Positions 48,943 through 58,508 of a DNA stretch of 64,000 nt are shown here, in pieces (the stretch's first letter is position 1; the number at the start of each line of letters is the position of its first letter). Under the pieces are notes generated by a model. That model saw only the letters and a list, made by a program, of their open reading frames with translations. It was not told where the DNA came from and did not search any database. The position numbers and the translations under genes were made by a program. This DNA is from Bacteriovoracia bacterium (lineage in GTDB: Bacteria > Bdellovibrionota > UBA1018 > CAIPTA01). The stretch is from positions 1,248,001-1,312,000 of the forward strand of contig JBFWVL010000001.1 of assembly GCA_050246755.1 (NCBI GenBank), written 5' to 3'.

Positions 48943-49655
48943 GTTTCGTTTACCTGCACGGAATGGGGGGAAGCCCGGCAGATTGGCGCCAGGTGCAATC
49001 TTTTCTTCCCGGAACATCTATTGCTCTTCCGGCCAGCGAGTCGTTCGCCGAAATGATTCCTTTGCTCGCGGAAAAAATTTCAAAAGTTCCCGCGCCGGTG
49101 CTTTGCGGCTATTCAATGGGCGGAAGAGTCGCTCTTCTTTTGGCGGAAGAACTGCTGCGCCGGCAAATCCCGCCCGCGGGGGTAGCGCTTCTCTCCGCGG
49201 GTACGGGTATCTCCGGAGAAAAGGAGCGGGAGCTCCGCAACCAGATCGACGAGAAATGGGCTAAACTTGCCGCGGAGAATCCAGATAAGTTTTGGCAAGA
49301 CTGGTACCGGCAGCCCCTGTTCGCCTCTTTTTCCGCCCTACCGGTCCATCTGCAAAACGAATGGTTAATTGATAGAAAATCTATTGATTTCAATTATTTG
49401 TCTCAACAGCTGCGTGATCTTGGGCCGGCCAAACACCCCGACCTTCTTCCTATCTTTCCCAAGTTGCGGGCCGCTTCGATCTCCGTGCTTTACTTAGCCG
49501 GAGAACTGGATAAAAAGTACTTAGATCTCGCGCAAATACTGGCAAAACAGGAGCGGGCAACGGTGGAAATAATCCCGGGGGCCGGCCATATTTTGCCTCT
49601 CGAAGCGCCCAAAAAAATAGCGGAACGGTTGAGAGCTTTTTTCCCGTACGCGTAG
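48939..49655 (+). CDS. menH: SHCHC synthase (alpha/beta hydrolase)
   Basis: LHG, GYSMGGR, WYRQPLF, GELDKK, AGH. Confidence 0.9.
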   Translation: MSFVYLHGMGGSPADWRQVQSFLPGTSIALPASESFAEMIPLLAEKISKVPAPVLCGYSMGGRVALLLAEELLRRQIPPAGVALLSAGTGISGEKERELRNQIDEKWAKLAAENPDKFWQDWYRQPLFASFSALPVHLQNEWLIDRKSIDFNYLSQQLRDLGPAKHPDLLPIFPKLRAASISVLYLAGELDKKYLDLAQILAKQERATVEIIPGAGHILPLEAPKKIAERLRAFFPYA

Positions 49656-49667
49656 CAGGAGAAATAA

Positions 49668-50522
49668 ATGGCAAAAAATACCGACAGAAAAATTCTACCC
49701 GCCGATATTACTTGGCAACCCGCAGGAAAATTTCAGGATATTAAGTATGAAAAGTCTCCGGAAGGAATTGCCAAGATCACGATCAATCGCCCGGAATCAA
49801 GAAATGCTTTTCGCCCGCAAACCGTAAACGAGCTCATCACTTGCTTTAACGATGCGCGCGAAGATCCCAAGGTTGGCGTGGTCGTGCTGACCGGTGAAGG
49901 CCCTGATGCATTTTGCTCCGGCGGCGATCAGCGAGTACGCGGCGATAAAGGGTACGTAGGTTTCGATGGTGTACCACGCCTCAATATCCTCGACGTACAA
50001 AAGCAAATTCGCAGCATGCCAAAACCCGTGGTGGCGATGGTGGCCGGTTACGCAGTTGGTGGAGGCCACGTACTGCACGTAGTATGCGATCTCTCCATCG
50101 CGGCTGACAATGCCCGCTTCGGCCAAACTGGCCCCAAGGTGGGCAGCTTCGACGGCGGATTCGGCGCTAGCTACCTCGCCAGCATTGTCGGCCAAAAGAA
50201 AGCCCGTGAAATTTGGTATCTTTGCCGCCAATATAACGCACAGGAAGCCCTTGATATGGGACTCGTTAACACCGTGGTTCCCCTAGAAAATCTCGAATTG
50301 GAGACTATTTCTTGGTGCCGCAAGATTCTCGAGCATAGCCCGCTCGCGCTCCGTTGCTTAAAATCGGCCTTCAATGCCGATCTAGACGGCCAGTCAGGCA
50401 TCCAAGAGCTTGCCGGCAATGCCACTCTCCTCTATTACATGAGCGAAGAAGCTCAGGAGGGGAAGAAAGCCTACGTGGAGAAGCGCCGCCCGGACTTCGG
50501 TCGTTTCCCTCGGGTTCCCTAG
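49668..50522 (+). CDS. menB: 1,4-dihydroxy-2-naphthoyl-CoA synthase
   Basis: [35 protein letters not shown]. Confidence 0.98.
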   Translation: MAKNTDRKILPADITWQPAGKFQDIKYEKSPEGIAKITINRPESRNAFRPQTVNELITCFNDAREDPKVGVVVLTGEGPDAFCSGGDQRVRGDKGYVGFDGVPRLNILDVQKQIRSMPKPVVAMVAGYAVGGGHVLHVVCDLSIAADNARFGQTGPKVGSFDGGFGASYLASIVGQKKAREIWYLCRQYNAQEALDMGLVNTVVPLENLELETISWCRKILEHSPLALRCLKSAFNADLDGQSGIQELAGNATLLYYMSEEAQEGKKAYVEKRRPDFGRFPRVP

Positions 50523-51395
50523 ATGTCGCCTTGGATTTCCGCTTCCCGGCCTAAAACTTTGGTAGCGGGATTAATTCCGGTGGTTTTGGGTTCAGCCTTG
50601 GCCTTCCAGCAGGGGGGGTTTCGTCTGGCCGTATTCCTATGTGCACTAGGGGGAGCGCTGGCGATTCAGATCGGGACGAATTACGTAAACGACGCTTCCG
50701 ATTTCGAACGCGGGGCCGATAGCTTAGATCGACTCGGCCCCCCGCGAATGGCGGCTTCCGGGCTCCTCACTCCCAAAGCCCTCTACCAGGGAGCGGGCAT
50801 CGCATTTTTTATCGCATTGCTGTTTGGTATTTATTTAATCGCCACCGCCGGTCTTTGGATGTTGGCGATTGGCTTATTCTCTATTTTTTTCGCCGTAATT
50901 TATACTGCCGGTCCGTTTCCTCTCGCCTACCTTGGGCTCGGAGATTTTTTTGTACTCGTTTTTTTCGGCCTAGTGGCGGTGCTAGGCACGGTATTCGCTC
51001 ACTTGCACCGGATCCCGCCCGAAGCCACCTATCTCGCCTTAGCCACCGGACTGCAGGGCGTGGCGCTAATCGCGGTCAATAATCTTCGTGATATTCCTAC
51101 CGACAAAAAAGTGAACAAAAAAACTTTGGCCGTTCGTCTTGGCGATCGCGGATCAAGATTTTATTATTCCGCGCTCGTTTTTCTGCCTTACTTACTATGG
51201 CTTCCGCTACAAATGCGGCTCGGGGGAAGCTTTGGCTTTCTTCCCTTGCTTTCGCTTCCGCTTGCCTTCTCGAACGTCGATACTTGTTTTCGGATTCAGG
51301 ATCGCCGCCAGTTCAATCGACTTCTCGGAAAAACGGCCGCACTGCAGCTTCTTTTCGGAATTCTGGCCGTGGTCGCCCTGGTAAATGCCGCGTGA
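50523..51395 (+). CDS. menA: DHNA polyprenyltransferase
   Basis: RPKTL, NYVNDASD..RGAD, YTAGP, NNLRD..D....K.TL. Confidence 0.95.
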   Translation: MSPWISASRPKTLVAGLIPVVLGSALAFQQGGFRLAVFLCALGGALAIQIGTNYVNDASDFERGADSLDRLGPPRMAASGLLTPKALYQGAGIAFFIALLFGIYLIATAGLWMLAIGLFSIFFAVIYTAGPFPLAYLGLGDFFVLVFFGLVAVLGTVFAHLHRIPPEATYLALATGLQGVALIAVNNLRDIPTDKKVNKKTLAVRLGDRGSRFYYSALVFLPYLLWLPLQMRLGGSFGFLPLLSLPLAFSNVDTCFRIQDRRQFNRLLGKTAALQLLFGILAVVALVNAA

Positions 51396-52408
51396 CCTCC
51401 TCCTTTTCCTTCGCGGTGTACGAGCGGAATTTCACTGCACCTTTTCGTTATGGCCAAGAAACCCTAACCTCGCGGCGGGGCGTAATTATTCGCCGCCACA
51501 ACTCCGAAGGATCGTTCGTATGTTCCGAGGCATCACCTTTGGCGGGTCATTCTTCCGACCGCCTGGAAGAGGTGATTCAAACCTTGGAGCATAGCAGCTC
51601 CGCGCAGCTAGAAATGAATCTTATTCATTCAGAAAAATCTGCCGATCTCCCGGCCTCTCTCCGCTTCGCTCTCGAGGGCATTGCGATCCAAAGTGAAAAT
51701 TACGGAAATTTTCAGCCCGTTCACTCCAACGCGCTATTGCCGTGGCTAGGGCCAGAGCAAACACTAAGCCGTTTTAGAATTTTACAGCGTGAGGGTTACC
51801 GCACTTTTAAAGTCAAAATCAGCGACGAATCAATTTCGCAAATTCCCATTTTTTTAAAGTCGATTCCCGATACCGGCTGGAAAGTTCGCCTCGATGGAAA
51901 CCGCGCTCTTTCTCCGGCTCCACTTGCCCAATTTTTCCAGGAAGTCTCGCGCTTAGAATTGGCTGGACGCATCGACTACCTGGAAGAACCGCTTGCCGGA
52001 TGGCAGCATCCTCTTTTACGAGAATCCCCACTTGCGCTCGCGGCCGATGAAAGTGCCGGATCTCCGCAGGCGGCTTTGCGCCTTCTTGAAACGCCGAATT
52101 GCCCGCAGGTTTTCATCTTGAAGCCGACGGTATTGGGAGGATTAGCGTCTGTGTCACCGCTGGCCTCCCAGCTTAAGCGAGCGGGGAGACGCGCAGTATA
52201 CACTTCCGCCCTAGAGACTGAACCGGGCCGGCGCTCGATTATCGCTCTTTTGGGCAGGGAAGGAGCAGGAGAAGTGCATGGGCTTTCGACTGGCTTTTTG
52301 TTTCGCACCAATCTTCTTCCCGATGTCCCGCTATATGGAGAACTTCCGGTTATTTCCATGGAGGAAAAGCAGCTTTGGCAGGCATTAGACTGGCGCGGAT
52401 GCCCCTAA
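51392..52408 (+). CDS. menC: o-succinylbenzoate synthase
   Basis: KVKI, RLDGN, YLEEP, ADES, ILKP; GTGA overlap with menA. Confidence 0.88.
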   Translation: MTSSFSFAVYERNFTAPFRYGQETLTSRRGVIIRRHNSEGSFVCSEASPLAGHSSDRLEEVIQTLEHSSSAQLEMNLIHSEKSADLPASLRFALEGIAIQSENYGNFQPVHSNALLPWLGPEQTLSRFRILQREGYRTFKVKISDESISQIPIFLKSIPDTGWKVRLDGNRALSPAPLAQFFQEVSRLELAGRIDYLEEPLAGWQHPLLRESPLALAADESAGSPQAALRLLETPNCPQVFILKPTVLGGLASVSPLASQLKRAGRRAVYTSALETEPGRRSIIALLGREGAGEVHGLSTGFLFRTNLLPDVPLYGELPVISMEEKQLWQALDWRGCP

Positions 52409-53706
52409 TTATAAAGGCTCCGCACACTCCTCCCGAAACGATTGCGGAGTCAGTCGCCGAGCGCGCGGCAATTCTAAACGCCGTCGAGGGAAAAGATTTT
52501 TTGTTGTTGCCGGTGGAAGATCCCATAGAAGCCATCACTTGGGCTGTCGCCTCTTTTTATTCTCCGCTAGCGGTTGTGCCGATTTCCGCCAGACTTCCAC
52601 ACGTGGCTCTTGAGCGGCTCCTCGCTCAGCTTCCAGCCGAAAAAATGATTCATTTGGCTAACCTACCAAAAGCCGCAAGGAAAATCCCGCTCGCCGAAAA
52701 ATCGCGCGAGCGCATTTGGGCGGTTCTCTTTAGTTCCGGATCCTCGGGCGAACAAAAAGGAATCGCTCTGAGCGGAAATGCGCTTGAAGCCAGCGCCCGG
52801 GCGCACGCGGCCCATTTGGAAATGCAATCCGGGAACTGGCTGCTTAATCTTCCGCTGTTTCACGTTGGCGGGTTCAGCGTGGTAAGCCGCTCCTTCTTTC
52901 TTGGTACCGGAATGGCGATAGGCTCGCCGAAATTTTCTGCCGAGGAAACGCGGGCATGGATAGAGAGCGGAGAAATTTCCGGGCTTTCCTTAGTTCCCAC
53001 CACGCTGCGGCGCCTGCTTGCGCTGCCAGATTTGCCTTTTCCGAAAAGCTTAAAAACCATTCTCGTGGGTGGAGCTCCGCTGCCCGATGAGCTTTTTACT
53101 CTGGCGCAGGCCCGGAATTTTCCCGTGCAAGCGACCTATGGAATGACGGAACACGCTTCCCAGATCGCTACCGCGAAGTGGCCGGGCAGTGGGCTTATTC
53201 CTCTTCCGGGAGTGAATATTTCTGTGGATAAGGCATCGGAAATTCTCGTTAGGTCGCCTTGCCTGGCTTCTGGTTTTTTTTCCGCCGGCCAGATTCAACC
53301 ACTGCCCCTCGAGGGCGGATTTTTCCGCACCGGCGACCTCGGTACCTTCGACGGGACCGCACTCGCAGTGCATGGCAGAAAATCGGACCTAATCCTTTCT
53401 GGCGGACTAAATATATTTCCGGCAGAAATCGAGAAAGAACTAGCCCAGTTTCCAGGCCTATCCGATTTTGCCGTAACCGGCTTGCCCGATACGGAGTGGG
53501 GTGAAGTGGCCTGTGCCGCCTATGTTTGCCTCGACCGAAAGCTGGATACACGGGAGTTACGGGCCTTTTTACAGGAGCGCCTAGATGCAAGAAAGGTCCC
53601 TAAGCACTTTGTCTCCCTCGACTACATACCCCGCTCTTCGCTGGGAAAGGTGATTAGAACGGAGCTGAAAGAACGTCTTCAGAAGAAGATTCTCGCCGTG
53701 GAATAA
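52399..53706 (+). CDS. menE: o-succinylbenzoate-CoA ligase
   Basis: FSSGSSG..KG, LPLFHVGG, YGMTE, TGDLG, SGG.NI.P.EIE. Confidence 0.9.
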   Translation: MPLIIKAPHTPPETIAESVAERAAILNAVEGKDFLLLPVEDPIEAITWAVASFYSPLAVVPISARLPHVALERLLAQLPAEKMIHLANLPKAARKIPLAEKSRERIWAVLFSSGSSGEQKGIALSGNALEASARAHAAHLEMQSGNWLLNLPLFHVGGFSVVSRSFFLGTGMAIGSPKFSAEETRAWIESGEISGLSLVPTTLRRLLALPDLPFPKSLKTILVGGAPLPDELFTLAQARNFPVQATYGMTEHASQIATAKWPGSGLIPLPGVNISVDKASEILVRSPCLASGFFSAGQIQPLPLEGGFFRTGDLGTFDGTALAVHGRKSDLILSGGLNIFPAEIEKELAQFPGLSDFAVTGLPDTEWGEVACAAYVCLDRKLDTRELRAFLQERLDARKVPKHFVSLDYIPRSSLGKVIRTELKERLQKKILAVE

Positions 53707-54243
53707 ATGTCCTATCATGGACGTATGAATAAACCCTGGGCGCGCGGTCTAGTTAGCGCATTTCTAATTTTTCATTTAGTGGGAGTTTTCACCGCCCCCA
53801 ATCCTTACTCTTACTTAAGTCAATCTATTGCCCCCGTCTATCGCCCATACATGAATTTTTTCGGGCTCGCACACACTTGGGGATTCTTCGCGCCCGAGCC
53901 AATTTCCCCGCCACTTTATATCGACTACACGCTCGAAATGAAAAATGGACTCGCGGTAAGCGGTCGTTTTCCCGATGAAACCAACCCATTCTTTTTCCGT
54001 GATCGCCACAATCGCCGGATGAGCATGAGCCGCTTTATCGCCTCCACCGACGAAAATATACGCAATATGTTTGTGCGCTATTTATGCCGGCAGCACCCAG
54101 GCATGACGTCTGGAAAGCTTTGGCGCGTCGTGGGTTCACAACCTTCGCTGGAGATGGTGCAAAAAGGGGAAAGGCGGATGACCGATCCCGTAGAATTTAA
54201 GATCGACGTCTTGGGAACTTACTATTGCCCGGAGGACTTATGA
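53707..54243 (+). CDS. SdpA/DUF5819-like membrane-anchored protein
   Basis: N-terminal TM with His, then Y...F.....WGFFAPEP, the motif typical of partners of HTTM/SdpB proteins. Confidence 0.65.
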   Translation: MSYHGRMNKPWARGLVSAFLIFHLVGVFTAPNPYSYLSQSIAPVYRPYMNFFGLAHTWGFFAPEPISPPLYIDYTLEMKNGLAVSGRFPDETNPFFFRDRHNRRMSMSRFIASTDENIRNMFVRYLCRQHPGMTSGKLWRVVGSQPSLEMVQKGERRMTDPVEFKIDVLGTYYCPEDL

Positions 54244-55190
54244 TTTCTTGGCTAAGATCACAAATCCTCGCGCTAGGCACGGGCTGGAATTATTTTTGGT
54301 TCGATTCACGCTCGAATGCCCAGCTCACGTCTCTGGCTATTTTCCGTTTTTGCTTCTGCCTGGTTATGTTTTTTTTCTATTTTTCTCGCGCATTCGACGT
54401 GGAGTTCTTCTATTCCGGAACCGGAATTCTTCCGGCCTGGTACGCAAAAAATTTGCCTTTCTTTCAATACCATCCAACTATTTTTACCGATTCCAGTCCG
54501 CTTTGGCTATTGCACGGCCTGCACACCCTATTTTTAGCGTTACTGCTTTCGCAGGCCCTTGGTTTGTTCACCAGGTTTTCCGCGATCGGCACGTACGTAT
54601 TGCATATTTTATTTTTGAACCGCAACCTCAGCGCCATATTTGGCGTAGACATGATCGGCACATTTTTTCTCCTCTACCTCTGCTTTGCAAACTCGAACGC
54701 CCGCTATTCCATAGACGCCTGGCTGGGCCGGGGAAGCAAGCGACAATCGGCGGCAAGCCATATTGCATGGCGCCTCATGCAGCTGCAGGTTTGCGTCGTT
54801 TATGGATTTTCCGGGCTGGAGAAGTGCAAGGGCACCCGCTGGTGGGATGGGTCCGCACTCTGGGATATTCTTTCCATGGGAAATCTACAGCGCTGGGATA
54901 TGAGTTTCATGGCACACGCCCCAGTGCTGCTCGCCACCGGAGTGTACGTAGTTCTTTTTTGGGAAATCTACGTTCCGATATTGGTTTGGGTACCACGCTT
55001 AAGATTACCGATGCTTCTATTCGGAACCTTCATGCACTTAGGAATTTTCCTATTCATGAATTTGCCGGGCTTTGGATTTATGATGATTTCTCTTTATCTT
55101 CTTTTCTTAAAGCAGAATGAAATCGAAAGTGGCGTGGCGAACGTGAAAAATCTCGTTAATAAATATTCGTTCATTCCCAGCCGTAGTTAA
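54240..55190 (+). CDS. HTTM domain protein (SdpB / vitamin K-dependent carboxylase-like)
   Basis: LAIFR, GLFTR, RN....G.D, QLQVCVVYGFSGLEK..G..W.DG, HLGI; ATGA overlap. Confidence 0.85.
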   Translation: MISWLRSQILALGTGWNYFWFDSRSNAQLTSLAIFRFCFCLVMFFFYFSRAFDVEFFYSGTGILPAWYAKNLPFFQYHPTIFTDSSPLWLLHGLHTLFLALLLSQALGLFTRFSAIGTYVLHILFLNRNLSAIFGVDMIGTFFLLYLCFANSNARYSIDAWLGRGSKRQSAASHIAWRLMQLQVCVVYGFSGLEKCKGTRWWDGSALWDILSMGNLQRWDMSFMAHAPVLLATGVYVVLFWEIYVPILVWVPRLRLPMLLFGTFMHLGIFLFMNLPGFGFMMISLYLLFLKQNEIESGVANVKNLVNKYSFIPSRS

Positions 55191-55782
55191 AACTAATACT
55201 AATGCGCGGCTCGTGGGATGCATTCATCGGCACCTCATGCCTTAACCAGCTTTCAAACAGAAGCAGCGACCCTGATTTAGGGGCAAATTCCACGAAGGTG
55301 CGGTTCGTTTTGCTTGCTCCGGCTCTCTTCGGGGGCGCCCCCATAAAACCCGGTAGCCGCGGGTCCTCGAATTTAATCGCGCTAGCCCCCTTAGGGGTGC
55401 TTACGTAAAAAGTTCCGCTGATCACGGATAAAGGATGGAGATGCAGGCCATGATGCACATTTACCGGCATGATGTTTATCCAGCAATTGGTCATGGCAAG
55501 CCTACCGCCCTGCAAATCGAATTCGAGGGCGGCGGAAAATTTTCGCACGTGCCTATCAATAATTTTTTCCAGGGCGCCGAAAGTAGGAGACACCCGATGA
55601 AGGTTGTTGGCCGACGCATAGGAAGTAAATCCATTGCGGTAATTTTTCTTAGACCAATGCACACCCGCTACGTCCAAGCCGGCTATGTCATCCACTTCGG
55701 CTAAAAGCTGCCTTCGGCGAAATGATTTTCCCGTCAGCGTTGCTTGGTAGAGAAGCGTTGGAAATAGGCGCTCGATCGACAT
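55171..55782 (-). CDS. TIGR02466 family putative 2OG-Fe(II) oxygenase
   Basis: LFPT, WINI, HLHP.SVISGTFYV, FESWLRHEV, RISISFN. Confidence 0.9.
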   Translation of the reverse strand: MSIERLFPTLLYQATLTGKSFRRRQLLAEVDDIAGLDVAGVHWSKKNYRNGFTSYASANNLHRVSPTFGALEKIIDRHVRKFSAALEFDLQGGRLAMTNCWINIMPVNVHHGLHLHPLSVISGTFYVSTPKGASAIKFEDPRLPGFMGAPPKRAGASKTNRTFVEFAPKSGSLLLFESWLRHEVPMNASHEPRISISFNYGWE

Positions 55783-55783
55783 T

Positions 55784-56263
55784 TTAGTTTCGAACTAAAT
55801 CAACCGAACACGCATAACGATTGCCGTTTGATATTACGCTGCGCGAACATAGTATTTTAACCGACTCATCGGTATCGGAAAAAATTTTTGCGTCGCCGAT
55901 GCGACCAACGTATACGACCCCGCTCATAGACTCGTAAAGCGCTTTCGCGTCTCCGCCAAAAAGCATCATTTCTTCTGCATCTTCCATTTCATCCGCCTGA
56001 ACGGAAACGGAGCAGGCGGTAGCCAAAAATGAATTTTGGCGGCAGCTGATTCCAATTGGGTTTTCCTTGCCTTCAAAAATTTTCTCTCTGGCTTCGTCGG
56101 TCCCGGATAGGGGCAAGTCCAAAGCGCCGAATAGCTGCAGGGCATTGGGGCCAGACAGGATCCGGGTTACCATCTTTTTATTTCCTGCGGCCTTCGGCAT
56201 GGCTTGCGCAGCTGGCAGGGCCGAGCAGAGGGCGAAGGCTAAGAGAGAAAGCGACTTTTTCAT
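55784..56263 (-). CDS. Exported hypothetical protein with two internal repeats
   Basis: Signal peptide; repeated G..A..L(F/Y)...KIF....I.C...ACSV unit. Confidence 0.75.
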   Translation of the reverse strand: MKKSLSLLAFALCSALPAAQAMPKAAGNKKMVTRILSGPNALQLFGALDLPLSGTDEAREKIFEGKENPIGISCRQNSFLATACSVSVQADEMEDAEEMMLFGGDAKALYESMSGVVYVGRIGDAKIFSDTDESVKILCSRSVISNGNRYACSVDLVRN

Positions 56264-56400
56264 TTTGTCTCCGTGGGTGATTCAAAGATCTAGGCGCAAC
56301 CTAGCATACTTGATTAAAATGGTACAACATAAAATTTAATAAAAGCGCCACCTTAGCTCCACCGAGGGGACGACCAAAAAAGCCGCGTGATTTTATATAG

Positions 56401-57159
56401 TTAGCGCCAAAAAAACCCTGAGGGCAGCACGACGGCCGCTTTTTCTGAGGTTACGATTGCAGAAGGATTCTCCCATTTCAGCTCTCCACCAGTAACTGCC
56501 CTTAGCTCAAGCACGGCCGTGGAAGAAATTGGGGTGTCGGGCCGTACCACGCGCGCGCTTACTTTGCCGCGCTCCACGATGAGATGCTGATTAGTTCTCT
56601 TTTTATCCGCGTCATCATATACCTCTACCAATACACTCGCCTCTTCTTGCGACTGAATCTCCACCTCGCCAATCGGGGAGCCCCATAAAACACGGATATT
56701 CTTTCCGATTATACGCACTCGGCCAACGCTTACCGGGGTGAACCGCATAAGCTGTCCGGGCGCTCTTTCGATAACCGCGCGAATGGGATTAACAGCTTGA
56801 AATTCGAATTCATGCCCCAAAGAATCATGGCAACGTAATTTTTTGGGATTCGGCGCGGGCTCGGTTAGCCAAACGGGCCGCGCGAAAGGGAAAAAAAGAA
56901 ATGGGCTGAGCTCGAGCCGCTTAGGCGGCCACAATGCCTCGGAAAATTTTCCGGAAGAGCTGCTACAGGTGCCGGCAATCTCGTCGAAATAATGGGAAAG
57001 CCGGTTTTTCCCGTTAAACCGCTCCTGAACGATGCTGAGAGAAGAATCGATTTTGAAAAAAATACTGCGCGAACCATGACCAGGACTTGTAAACCAAAAA
57101 TACGCGGCGATACCCGCTAAAAAAAAGACACCGATCAAAGCTAAAATGATTCTTTTCAT
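56401..57159 (-). CDS. Membrane-anchored hypothetical protein
   Basis: N-terminal TM, 252 aa, ATGA overlap with the upstream gene. Confidence 0.65.
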   Translation of the reverse strand: MKRIILALIGVFFLAGIAAYFWFTSPGHGSRSIFFKIDSSLSIVQERFNGKNRLSHYFDEIAGTCSSSSGKFSEALWPPKRLELSPFLFFPFARPVWLTEPAPNPKKLRCHDSLGHEFEFQAVNPIRAVIERAPGQLMRFTPVSVGRVRIIGKNIRVLWGSPIGEVEIQSQEEASVLVEVYDDADKKRTNQHLIVERGKVSARVVRPDTPISSTAVLELRAVTGGELKWENPSAIVTSEKAAVVLPSGFFWR

Positions 57160-58217
57160 TTCGATATATTTTCACCACTGATGAATTCTTGTGGCGCAGT
57201 CGCATTAACTGGATTCGGCTCCGGTATTCCTGGAGAAACTTGGCTAATTTCTGGCTGGTGGATAAAGGCCTGAAAGGCCGTCGTTCCACAAAATGGAGCC
57301 TCGAATTCTCTGCCGGTAATTCGAAAGCGGGCAGGATTACTGGCGTCGGAGGAGATCGGGTAATTACGTGCGGCGCAACTCTTGAGCGCCTCGCCCTCGG
57401 CACACTTAATGGCCGTTAAAATTAAAAATGGCGAAGTTGTTTTTTTAAAAGGAATGGAAAATTCTACCGCGCCCTTACTGAAGTCTATAAATTGATAATG
57501 AATTGCCACTGCATCCAGGTCGTCCGGAAGAATTTTATCTTGGGAAACGCTGCTGGGAGGAACCTCATCGGGAGAAACCACTAACGCGAATTTACCTGCC
57601 TGGTTATTTTTTAAAAAATCGGCCGAGGGCGTAATCTTCCCGGACAATAGAACGGAGCTAGAAGAGCAATTTTCGCCACCACCATGCCTATAGAAGCGCG
57701 TTAAATACAAATTCCCGATGTCCACCGCCTCAGGCACGTTCATGCTTTCTACTTGCTCCTTCGAGAGAGCAATTCTTTTTCTGCCATTTACCTGCGGCTG
57801 AGCGAGAAGCGATCGCATTTGCTCTAGCGAAGTAGAGGCATCGAATCGGTAGGTGGCAAAAACAGTTAAATTATCTTTGATCAGGCCTCTGCTTTTAAGG
57901 TCGGCTCGCGAAAATGTTCGGCTGAACTTTATGGGAAATTTTGGCTCCGGTATCGGTAGGCTGATCAAATCCACGGGCGCATAAAGCGGACCGCTGAAAA
58001 GATGAATAACTAGCTGTCCATGGCCATTCTTGACCGCGGCTTTAAGTGGCGGCGGAACAACAATCGTGCCCGAGATCGTAAATCGATCTTTCGGACCAAT
58101 CGCCAATGCTAGATCGGCTTTTTTCGCTTCGGGTGGGACGAAAAGAAAATAGAAAAATCCGGCGATCAATACAAAGGTGGCAGCTAAACCAGAGATAAAA
58201 ATGAGAAAAATTTTCAT
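57156..58217 (-). CDS. Membrane-anchored hypothetical protein with possible tandem Ig-like domains
   Basis: N-terminal TM, 353 aa, upstream GGGAG and TATAAT. Confidence 0.7.
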   Translation of the reverse strand: MKIFLIFISGLAATFVLIAGFFYFLFVPPEAKKADLALAIGPKDRFTISGTIVVPPPLKAAVKNGHGQLVIHLFSGPLYAPVDLISLPIPEPKFPIKFSRTFSRADLKSRGLIKDNLTVFATYRFDASTSLEQMRSLLAQPQVNGRKRIALSKEQVESMNVPEAVDIGNLYLTRFYRHGGGENCSSSSVLLSGKITPSADFLKNNQAGKFALVVSPDEVPPSSVSQDKILPDDLDAVAIHYQFIDFSKGAVEFSIPFKKTTSPFLILTAIKCAEGEALKSCAARNYPISSDASNPARFRITGREFEAPFCGTTAFQAFIHQPEISQVSPGIPEPNPVNATAPQEFISGENISK

Positions 58218-58508
58218 AAGCCCTGCTCCCCTAACTCAGCTCTAATTATAGCTAAAACGCCTGCGTTTTCTTCGGTCAGACTGACGCATTCGTTACTACT
58301 ATTGTTTACTTTCACGGTTAGGAACAACAAGACAATCCGCATTTTAGATGGAGAATTTAGAACTTTGTTGCTTGAGGTACCGACTGCCTATAAGTGGCGG
58401 ATAGTTAGGAAATCCCACTAAATCACCAACTTAGATCATTAGTGCCCGGAGTTTGCCCGCCCCATGCGGACAAGCCCCTTAGCACTACGAATAGCTCCGG
58501 TTGTTGTT

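Noticed and set aside
54248-55120. 290 aa alternative-frame ORF inside the HTTM gene
   Set aside because: Arg/Ser-rich with no motifs and a TTG start; typical shadow frame
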